DNA of 64,000 nucleotides from an uncultured Synergistales bacterium (GTDB lineage: Bacteria > Synergistota > Synergistia > Synergistales > JAFGMB01): contig CAYPIU010000003.1 in NCBI GenBank assembly GCA_964410915.1, forward strand, positions 21,748-85,747, in the 5' to 3' direction. This document shows, in pieces, positions 1 through 7,597 of the stretch. The stretch's first letter is position 1. The number at the start of each line of letters is the position of its first letter. The notes under the pieces are model-generated. The model was not told where the DNA came from. It was given only the letters and a program-made list of their open reading frames with translations, and did no database searches. The position numbers and the translations under genes were made by a program.

Positions 1-701
1 TTCACGTCTGGTCTCCTATCCAGTCGGGGAAAATAGGTTACCGTTCAGGTCCTATTATGGCTTCATGCGATGCATGGGATGCTGAAATAACAGGCAAGGG
101 CGGTCATGGTTCGGCCCCTCACAGGGCGATAGATCCAACTATTCCGGCTGGTCATATAATTGCTTCCCTTCAGAGCATTGTGGGAAGGGAGATCGATGCC
201 CAGGAAACGGCAGTTATAAGTACAGGCAAAATGGAATCCGGGTCTGCTTTCAATATCATTCCTGAAAAAGTCAAGCTTCTCGGTACATGCAGAACATTTA
301 ATCCCGTGGTTCAGGATGCTATTGAAGAAAAGATCGGCAGGCTTATAAAGGGTATTTCTGCATCTTTCCAGTGTACTGCTAATTATGGTTATACAAGATA
401 CGTGCCTCCTACGATCAATGACCCGGAAGCAAGTTCACTTGTAAAAGAACTTGCTGAAGAGTTTGTCGGGGAAAATAATGTCGAGGAATCTCCGCTTGTA
501 ATGGGTTCTGAGGATTTCAGCTATTTTCAGCGAAAAATCCCTGGAGCTTTCTTCTTTCTTGGATGTGGTAACACAGAGAAAGGAAGTGCAAATGACCATC
601 ATTCTCCAACCTTTAATATAGATGAGGATGTCCTTGTGACAGGTGTTGAGATGCTTGCGGGATTCGCCCTTTCCTGGAAGGATAAAATGAGCAGGGTATA
701 G
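1..701 (+). CDS. M20D-family amidohydrolase (N-acyl-amino-acid / hippurate hydrolase-like), 5' end cut by window edge
   Basis: The frame stays open upstream of the listed ATG back to base 3 (HVWSPIQSGKIGYRSGPIMA...). Motifs GKGGHGSAPH, MGSEDFSYF and HHSPTFNIDE are typical of M20D amidohydrolases. Confidence 0.85.
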   Translation, partial: HVWSPIQSGKIGYRSGPIMASCDAWDAEITGKGGHGSAPHRAIDPTIPAGHIIASLQSIVGREIDAQETAVISTGKMESGSAFNIIPEKVKLLGTCRTFNPVVQDAIEEKIGRLIKGISASFQCTANYGYTRYVPPTINDPEASSLVKELAEEFVGENNVEESPLVMGSEDFSYFQRKIPGAFFFLGCGNTEKGSANDHHSPTFNIDEDVLVTGVEMLAGFALSWKDKMSRV

Positions 702-733
702 CCCCAGGTTACATCGGGTATGTTTTAATTATT

Positions 734-761
734 AAGGAGGCCTGCTATAGCAGGCCTCCTT
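734..761. terminator. Perfect 12-bp stem hairpin between convergent genes (bidirectional terminator candidate)
   Basis: aaggaggcctgc-tata-gcaggcctcctt followed by a T-run. A second hairpin, catagagag..ctctatg, follows at about 763-786. Confidence 0.7.
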
Positions 762-840
762 TCATAGAGAGTCAGATTCTCTATGTTTTTCACTTCTCAC
801 GTGGAGAAGGAGGGGGCATATTTAAGAAACTCTTCTAAAT

Positions 841-1767
841 CTACTCTACGATAGTTTCTTTTCCATGATACTTTTCATCCATCACTTCTTCCGGAAGGTA
901 GAGATCTTCCTTTTTCCTGATATCATCAAGGTGTACCACTTCTGCGAAATCCCTGAACGAGATTAGTTTGTCGCTGTATTTTTCAGATATACCTTCCCTG
1001 CGGACCTCTGTCATAACTTCATACATACCCTTAGCTGCAGAATAAAGAGGTGTAAGGGCCGGAACTATCCATTTATATCCCAAATCACCTGCTTCCGAGA
1101 CAGGTATCAAGGGTGTTTTACCGCCCTCTATAAAGTTCAGCATAAGATCTGTGCCTTTAAGTCTATCTGATGTTATACGGATCTGTTCAATAGTTTCAAG
1201 TGCTTCGATAAAGATCATGTCAACGCCCAGTTCGACACCTTTCGAGGCACGGATGAGGGCATCTTCGAAACCATGTACTGCAAGAGAATCTATTCTGTAG
1301 ATTATAAGGAAATCGGGATCCAGTTTATCTCTGGTATCCATAGCGGCCCTTAATTTACCCTTCATCTCATCAAAGGAAATGACTTGTTTCCCTTCCATGT
1401 GTCCGCATCTTTTCGGGGCAACCTGGTCCTCAATAAAAAGTCCCGCTGCACCAGTGTTGATGTATTCTTCTACAGTCCTGCAGACATTGACAGCGTTCCC
1501 GAAGCCATTATCGGAATCTGCTACAACGGGAATATTTACCGCTCTGACAATTGATCTTACCTGTTCCGACATTTCGGATAGAGTCAGCAGCCCGACATCG
1601 GGTTGTCCAAGTTTGACCGCTGCAGTTCCATAACCTGAGTGCTGAAGTGCTTCAAAGCCGGTCATTTCACATATTCTGGCGCTTAGTCCATCGTATACTC
1701 CAGGTGCTACAACAGGTTCAGGTTGCCTAAGTCGCTCTCGAAGGATCTCTGATCTTTTCAAAGGCAA
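841..1767 (-). CDS. Isocitrate lyase/PEP mutase superfamily enzyme, lyase-type paralogue A
   Basis: 308 aa. Contains DSDNGFGNA and EDQVAPKRCGHMEGKQV (K-[KR]-C-G-H gating-loop motif of the C-C lyase branch). Confidence 0.85.
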   Translation of the reverse strand: MPLKRSEILRERLRQPEPVVAPGVYDGLSARICEMTGFEALQHSGYGTAAVKLGQPDVGLLTLSEMSEQVRSIVRAVNIPVVADSDNGFGNAVNVCRTVEEYINTGAAGLFIEDQVAPKRCGHMEGKQVISFDEMKGKLRAAMDTRDKLDPDFLIIYRIDSLAVHGFEDALIRASKGVELGVDMIFIEALETIEQIRITSDRLKGTDLMLNFIEGGKTPLIPVSEAGDLGYKWIVPALTPLYSAAKGMYEVMTEVRREGISEKYSDKLISFRDFAEVVHLDDIRKKEDLYLPEEVMDEKYHGKETIVE

Positions 1768-1826
1768 GGACTCCTTTAGTTACAGGCAGAAACTCTTTCC
1801 AGAATTACTGCCTGTATGATTTAATT

Positions 1827-2699
1827 CTATTTTCTTCCTGTTGCATATTCTGCTTCCATCTTTTTTATTTCAGGTAGTCCTATAAGGTTGTTAAAATCTT
1901 TAAAAGTTATCATTCTGTCCGAAAGAGCACTTGTTGTTCCGGTTTCCATGAGAGTTTTCATTATTTCGGTTACTGCTTTAGCCATAGCATAGGTTGCTGT
2001 AACCGGAAAGATCGCAATGTCAAACCCGATCTCATTCAGACTTGAGACCGGAAGGTAGGGAGTACGGCCATGTTCGACCATATTTGCCAGAACCGGTACA
2101 TCGAAGCTTGAGGTGATGGTTTTCATTTCTTCCTCACTTTCAGGAGATTCTATGAAAAGAATATCTGCCCCTGCATCTGCGTAGGCTCTGCCGCGTTCAA
2201 TAGCTTCATTGATCCCCAGTGTTGTCCTTGCGTCCGTTCTGGCCATGATCAGGAAATTATCATCATATCTGGCATCACATGCTGCTTTTATTTTCCCAGC
2301 CATTTCTTCAGAAGAAATGATCTCTCTTCCTGTCATGTGTCCGCATTTCTTAGGGGCTACCTGATCTTCAAGCTGTATGCAGGACGCACCGGCCTTCTCA
2401 TATTCACGAACTGTTCTGGCTACATTTACAGCGTTACCATAACCTGTATCTCCATCAGCAATAAGCGGTATGTCAACAGCTTCGGAAATCCTGGAAACCC
2501 TCCAGGTCATTTCTGTAAGTGTAAGAAGTCCCACATCCGGTTTACCGAGCATGCTTGCTGAAGTTCCGTAACCAGTCATGTAAAGGGCACTAAATCCCTG
2601 ATCCTGGATTATCCTGGCAGTAAGACAATCATGAACGCCTGGAGCTACAAGTATTTCGCTGCTTTGTAAAAGTTTCCTGAGACTCTCTCGATCTCTCAA
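1827..2699 (-). CDS. Isocitrate lyase/PEP mutase superfamily enzyme, lyase-type paralogue B
   Basis: 290 aa. Contains DGDTGYGNA and EDQVAPKKCGHMTGREI. By eye, roughly half of positions are identical to the neighbouring paralogue. Confidence 0.85.
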   Translation of the reverse strand: MRDRESLRKLLQSSEILVAPGVHDCLTARIIQDQGFSALYMTGYGTSASMLGKPDVGLLTLTEMTWRVSRISEAVDIPLIADGDTGYGNAVNVARTVREYEKAGASCIQLEDQVAPKKCGHMTGREIISSEEMAGKIKAACDARYDDNFLIMARTDARTTLGINEAIERGRAYADAGADILFIESPESEEEMKTITSSFDVPVLANMVEHGRTPYLPVSSLNEIGFDIAIFPVTATYAMAKAVTEIMKTLMETGTTSALSDRMITFKDFNNLIGLPEIKKMEAEYATGRK

Positions 2700-2727
2700 G
2701 CAAAAACCATCCTTTCCGGGATGTTCT

Positions 2728-4008
2728 CTAATGCATTATCGATGGCAGCCAGAGGCTCAACTGCGGGAAGAGTATCGAAAGCGCCACCATGAATGCCATA
2801 AGGATGATGAAAGGCCATACACCCTGGATAATGTCACCCATATGAATATCTTTTCTGAGTCCGTTTATTACGTAAAGGTTCATACCTACAGGTGGAGTGA
2901 TCAATGCCATTGTCATGTTTATTGTAAGTATGATCGCATACCAGATCGGGTCTATTTGCAGAGCGTGGAGTATGGGGGTGACCAGAGGCATGGTAAGCAG
3001 AATTATGGACACTGTTTCAAGGATCATGCCAAGGACGAGCATAAGTACGTTCATGGCAAGGATGAACATGATCGGAGTGAAATTGTTTTGAATGATGAGT
3101 TCTGTAAGCTTTTGAGGTATCATAAGCATGGTCATTACCTTACCGAAAAGGACAGCAGCAGCGATTATCAGAGCTATCATAGATGAAGTCCCTACGGATC
3201 TTAGACAAACCTTCGGCAGGTCTGAAAATTTAATTGAACGGTATATGACCAAAGTGATGAAAAGACTGTATACCAGCCCGACAGCCGCAGCTTCTGTAGG
3301 CGTGAATATTCCGGAATAGATGCCGCCGATGATAAGTACGGGAAGAAATATACCCCAGATATTTTTCCTGGTTATCCTGAGTCGCTCCGGCCAGGTGGTG
3401 CGTTCCATAGGTGTAAATCCACCCTTTTTACTCTTTATGACAGAATAGATAATAAATATCATCGTAAGGATCAATCCCGGGATAACACCTGCCATGAAGA
3501 GTGCTCCGACTGATTCTTCGGTTATGGCGCCATAGAGGATCATTGGTATGCTTGGCGGGATCAATATCCCCAGCGTTCCCCCTGCCGCAAGTAATCCCAG
3601 GGTAAACTTCTTATCATAACCTCTTTCAGTCATTGCCGGATAGGCGACCATTCCTATTGTTGCTGCTGTTGCTGCCCCGGAACCGGTAATGGCAGCAAAA
3701 AATGCGCAAGCCAGTATTGTTGCTATTGCCAGTCCGCCGGGAAGATGACGGACCCATGCGTTCATTACGTCGAAAAGGTCATCTCCAACTCTACCATCAA
3801 GAAGGACCTGACTCATCAGTATAAAGAGCGGAATGGCAAGTATGGTAAAACTTTCCATTGAAGAGTACATGGTCGAACCAACGATCTGTGTTGGGAGGTC
3901 ATAGAGCAGAATAAGCAGCACAGATGTTGAACCAAGGGAGAATGCAACCGGGAGACCCATAAAAAGGATAAAAAGAAGAAGACCTATTACCATCATAAAG
4001 CTCAGCAT
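2728..4008 (-). CDS. dctM: TRAP transporter large permease subunit
   Basis: 426 aa polytopic membrane protein of typical DctM length. It overlaps the dctQ stop by 7 nt and sits downstream of DctQ/DctP-like genes. Confidence 0.9.
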   Translation of the reverse strand: MLSFMMVIGLLLFILFMGLPVAFSLGSTSVLLILLYDLPTQIVGSTMYSSMESFTILAIPLFILMSQVLLDGRVGDDLFDVMNAWVRHLPGGLAIATILACAFFAAITGSGAATAATIGMVAYPAMTERGYDKKFTLGLLAAGGTLGILIPPSIPMILYGAITEESVGALFMAGVIPGLILTMIFIIYSVIKSKKGGFTPMERTTWPERLRITRKNIWGIFLPVLIIGGIYSGIFTPTEAAAVGLVYSLFITLVIYRSIKFSDLPKVCLRSVGTSSMIALIIAAAVLFGKVMTMLMIPQKLTELIIQNNFTPIMFILAMNVLMLVLGMILETVSIILLTMPLVTPILHALQIDPIWYAIILTINMTMALITPPVGMNLYVINGLRKDIHMGDIIQGVWPFIILMAFMVALSILFPQLSLWLPSIMH

Positions 4009-4523
4009 GTCTGTTCACTCTCCTTTTTGTCCTGGCCTGTAATAGCTGAAAATTTTGATCCTGTAAGAATTATGAACTGGAGCGTAAGTATGGAAAAACC
4101 CACCATAAGAGCAAGGTGCGGTATCCATAGAGGCATTCTCAGGGGTGTGGCTGAGAGTTTGCCGTATTTAAGAGTCGCTTCAAGCATGTGCAATCCCTGA
4201 AAAGCTACATAACCTGAGAAAACTGTACCCAGAATGCTTGTGAAAAATTCCAGAATATCCTGGGTTTTCCGGGAAAAGCGGATTAATAGAAGATCTATTC
4301 TCACATGTTTTCCTACCTGAAGAGTGTAAGCAGCACCTGCTAGCATAGTCCAGATGAAAAGATAGATGGCAATTTCCTGTGCCCAGATAGTGGGCGAATT
4401 GAAAAAATAACGCGCAATGACTTCATAGAAAAGTATGATACCCATGATCATGATACCCAGACCGCTAAAGTAACCGATCATAAGGTTCATCTTTTCCACG
4501 AAGTGTTTAATTGATGACAGCAT
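4002..4523 (-). CDS. dctQ: TRAP transporter small permease subunit
   Basis: 173 aa with 4 predicted TM segments, located between the dctP-like and dctM-like genes. Confidence 0.85.
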   Translation of the reverse strand: MLSSIKHFVEKMNLMIGYFSGLGIMIMGIILFYEVIARYFFNSPTIWAQEIAIYLFIWTMLAGAAYTLQVGKHVRIDLLLIRFSRKTQDILEFFTSILGTVFSGYVAFQGLHMLEATLKYGKLSATPLRMPLWIPHLALMVGFSILTLQFIILTGSKFSAITGQDKKESEQTC

Positions 4524-4631
4524 GTCAATTCCCCATTTCAGGTTGTTCTCGGATTAAAGCAGGACAAGAGTTACCCTCCTGTCCTGCCCATTTTTTACAT
4601 TAGAAGTACCAGAGTTTATTCTGAAATTGAA

Positions 4632-5618
4632 TTAGTTGATGGAATCAGCGATCTCCATCAGTTCCTGGCCGATCTTGCCGGTATTCTCTTTGAATGCTTC
4701 TCTTACTGGTTCTGTGGCTTCGACAAAGACCTGTCTCTCTTCGCTGTTAAGCTCATATATTTCGAGTCCGTTGTCCTTGATCACCTGGTAAGCATCTTTT
4801 TCTGAACCGGCGATGGATGCACGGATAGAAGCTGCAGCGTCTGAACCAGCCTTGAGAAGTACATCTCTTTCCTCATCGCTCAGGGAATCCCACCATTCGA
4901 GATTAGCCTGTACGAAGAACTGGGCTGTAGTGTAGTTTGCCAGGGTCATATATTTCTGGACTTCAAAGATCTTTCTGGAAACTGCTGCAGGCATTCCGGT
5001 TGTTGCACCGTCAACAGTCCCTCTCTGAAGAGCCATGTACATCTCTGAAGAGCTCATTACTGCCGGTGTTCCGCCGAGAGCCTTTACGGTGTCAGCTGTT
5101 CCCTTGCTGAAAGTCCTGATCTTGAGTCCGTCGAAGTCTTCAGGTTTCACAAGAGGTCTTACGTTGTTGAAATACTGGACAAGACCGTAGTCTACCCAGA
5201 ATACAACCTTTGCGCCTTTTTTCATGAACTCTTTATCCAGAAGTTCACCGGCTCCGCCGTCAATGAATTTCTGAGTGGATGTAAGATCCTTGAAAATAAA
5301 GGGCATTTCAAATACATCTGCAGCAGGGACCATTCCGGACCATTTGTTTACAGGAATAAGGGCAAGCTGAACAAGACCTTCCTGGACTGCTTCAACAACT
5401 TCGGTATCCTTGAAAAGCTGAGCAGAATGGAAAACTTTTACTTCCATTTCTCCTTCGGAATATTCGTCAACTTTATCTGAAAAGACGTCCATACCTTTGG
5501 AAATAAAATGAGAGGGTGGGAGCTGGTTGCTCAGGTTCCATTGTGTTCCTGCGAATACGGGGCATGCTGCGATTAACATAACACTGATAACTGCTATTGC
5601 CTTGAGCCAGTTTTTCAT
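4632..5618 (-). CDS. dctP: TRAP transporter substrate-binding protein (DctP family)
   Basis: 328 aa with an N-terminal signal peptide (MKNWLKAIAVISVMLIAACPVFAG). The VFEMPFIFKD motif is typical of DctP-type SBPs. Confidence 0.9.
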   Translation of the reverse strand: MKNWLKAIAVISVMLIAACPVFAGTQWNLSNQLPPSHFISKGMDVFSDKVDEYSEGEMEVKVFHSAQLFKDTEVVEAVQEGLVQLALIPVNKWSGMVPAADVFEMPFIFKDLTSTQKFIDGGAGELLDKEFMKKGAKVVFWVDYGLVQYFNNVRPLVKPEDFDGLKIRTFSKGTADTVKALGGTPAVMSSSEMYMALQRGTVDGATTGMPAAVSRKIFEVQKYMTLANYTTAQFFVQANLEWWDSLSDEERDVLLKAGSDAAASIRASIAGSEKDAYQVIKDNGLEIYELNSEERQVFVEATEPVREAFKENTGKIGQELMEIADSIN

Positions 5619-5671
5619 AAATACTACACCTCCGAAAATTTGAATTACTTTTTATACTGATAAAACCTGTT

Positions 5672-5729
5672 TTGTTACAAAAGGTTTTTATCACCTCCGT
5701 ATATCCGGGCGCCTGTCGCCTGTCGACAG
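5672..5729. promoter_or_regulatory. Two palindromes upstream of dctP (candidate GntR operators)
   Basis: aaaacctgttttgttacaaaaggtttt (5672-5698, imperfect inverted repeat with a GT-n-AC core) and ctgtcgacag (5720-5729, perfect 10-bp palindrome). They lie about 55-110 nt upstream of the dctP ATG. Confidence 0.35.
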
Positions 5730-5747
5730 TAGCTCTGATTAAAAAAA

Positions 5748-6428
5748 CTACTTCTCGAGGTTTGCTATTCTCCTGCCGAAAAGACTGTGCGCCCTTCCCT
5801 TTTTTATTCCCTCGAGGTTTCCATTCTTAAGATCTTCAACTATGCTGCCGTGGTTATCAGCGATGGATTTCAGGTCCCGCTCATGAAGAAGATCCTCAAA
5901 CATTCCAAGTTTTAATTGATTGTAGAGATCGGTCAATATTTTTTTGGTATGGGGCCTGTTGGCTTTTGACCAGGTATATTTATGAAATTCTATATCTTTA
6001 AAAATGAAATCCGAGATCCGTGTTTCGAGAGGTTTTTTAGCAAGAGCTATATCATGCATCTGCCTCACAAGATCATTCATATGTTTGAAATCTTCATCCT
6101 GAAAAAGTTGTTGTGAAACTAGTATTTCATATATTCTGCATTCGAGTATGAACCTGAGGTCGTAGATCTCCTCAAGGGATTCAGTGGAATAATCAGCTAC
6201 AAAAGTACCTTTTCGGGGAATTGATACTACCAGCCCCTGATTTTCGAGCTGTCTCAGGGCATCTCTCACAGGAGCTCTGCTTATATTAAGATTTTCAGCG
6301 ATCTCTGATTCTATGAGTTTATCGCCCTTTTTATAACTTTGAAATACAAGGATCTGATCTCTTAAATAATGCATTACCCGAAATGCGATAGTTTCATTAA
6401 AATCTTTTCCCACCATATGAAAAGGCAT
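5748..6428 (-). CDS. GntR-family transcriptional regulator (FadR/FCD-type C-terminal domain)
   Basis: 226 aa. N-terminal winged HTH (LIESEIAENLNISRAPVRDALRQLENQGLV) and a helical C-terminal domain with DIEFHKY. Confidence 0.9.
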   Translation of the reverse strand: MPFHMVGKDFNETIAFRVMHYLRDQILVFQSYKKGDKLIESEIAENLNISRAPVRDALRQLENQGLVVSIPRKGTFVADYSTESLEEIYDLRFILECRIYEILVSQQLFQDEDFKHMNDLVRQMHDIALAKKPLETRISDFIFKDIEFHKYTWSKANRPHTKKILTDLYNQLKLGMFEDLLHERDLKSIADNHGSIVEDLKNGNLEGIKKGRAHSLFGRRIANLEK

Positions 6429-6437
6429 CTCCCTTTA

Positions 6438-6450
6438 GTCGACCGTCGAC
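6438..6450. promoter_or_regulatory. GTCGAC-C-GTCGAC palindrome abutting the gntR ribosome-binding site (autoregulation candidate)
   Basis: gtcgaccgtcgac lies directly upstream of AAGGGAG-ATG on the minus strand. It shares the GTCGAC core with the 5720-5729 palindrome. Confidence 0.35.
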
Positions 6451-6552
6451 AATAAATATACTACACAATTCGGATCACTGGCAAGTTGCATACTTCATAC
6501 AAAAGAGGATCTTATCGGATCCGATATATTTCTTTTCAGAACTTATTTCGGA

Positions 6553-7392
6553 CTATTCCAGCCATCTGTGGATATTTTCCAGATATAACCTGTGGAGATA
6601 CAGGGTCATTTTACCGGGAAGTCCTTTCCCGATCCTGATATTGTCGATCCAGGTCACAGGTAGTATCTCTTTTATAGAACCTGTAATGAAGGCTTCTTCT
6701 GCGGTCTGGATCTCCTCGAGGGATGGGCATCTATGGATGACAGGGATATTTTCCTGTGATGCAATGTCAAGTACGATATCCCTGGTAGTTCCCTGAAGGA
6801 CCTTGTTGAGAGGTGCTGTTACAAGGGTTTTATCCTTGACCATAAAGAAAGAGCTGTGGGCTGCCTCTGTTATCCTGCCGTTGGGGCAGTAAAGTATCTC
6901 GAATGCTTCAGGATCAGAATTCGCTGCCGTAAAGGGGACCATATAGTTTATCGTTTTTGAACTTGGCATGAAACGGGCGGAATCGACAGATCTAAGCCTG
7001 ATACCTTTGCGGTATAAGTTTTCTGAGGGTTTAACAGCTCCGTGAAATATAAGAAAAAACCGGGGATCAGTAAATCTTCCTGTAAAATTGTCATGATGGT
7101 CACCTCCTGTTATATATGCCCGTATAACCACTTCTTCGGAGTTCTCATCAAATAGGAGGATCCCCTTTTTTATCAGTGCTGATTCCTCTTCGATCGACAA
7201 GGGGGGTTCTATACCGCATTTGCTCGCTGATTCGTGCAGTCTGTGCAGATGGGCCAAAAGGTTTATTGGTTTTCGACCGTGTGTATTTATGGTATCAAAT
7301 ACTCCTATACCGCGTTGGATAATCAGGTCAGTTACAGGCAGACATGCCTGCTCAAGCGGGATAAATCTGCCATTTAAATAGCATAACTTCAT
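6553..7392 (-). CDS. Class IV (fold type IV) aminotransferase, BCAT/D-amino-acid aminotransferase-like
   Basis: MKLCYLNGRFIPLEQA start, SSKTINYM (candidate PLP-lysine region), EAAHSSFFMVKD and LQGTTRDIVLDIA. The start was trimmed from 7428 to the ATG at 7392. Confidence 0.85.
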   Translation of the reverse strand: MKLCYLNGRFIPLEQACLPVTDLIIQRGIGVFDTINTHGRKPINLLAHLHRLHESASKCGIEPPLSIEEESALIKKGILLFDENSEEVVIRAYITGGDHHDNFTGRFTDPRFFLIFHGAVKPSENLYRKGIRLRSVDSARFMPSSKTINYMVPFTAANSDPEAFEILYCPNGRITEAAHSSFFMVKDKTLVTAPLNKVLQGTTRDIVLDIASQENIPVIHRCPSLEEIQTAEEAFITGSIKEILPVTWIDNIRIGKGLPGKMTLYLHRLYLENIHRWLE

Positions 7393-7597
7393 GAAATGCA
7401 CCTCGATTTTGAAAAATAACCTGATCATTCTATCATGACTGTCCCGGAAACGTTGTAATTATAAAATTCATAAAGTCAGAGACTGGTGTTTACTGTAAAG
7501 AGTTCTGTAGTAAGGTATAATCGTTGATAGTATCTGGACAGTCCCTGTATCTGGATCAGGCCCGTTTATCGTATACCTGCTGCCGGGAAGATATATC

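Noticed and set aside
841-2699. Reading the two ICL/PEPM-family genes as PEP mutase or phosphonate biosynthesis/degradation genes.
   Set aside because: Both carry the K-[KR]-C-G-H cysteine loop of the C-C lyase branch. No phosphonate-pathway partners are present in the window (no phosphonopyruvate decarboxylase, AEP transaminase or phn genes). I cannot formally exclude carboxy-PEP-mutase-like chemistry without a phylogeny.
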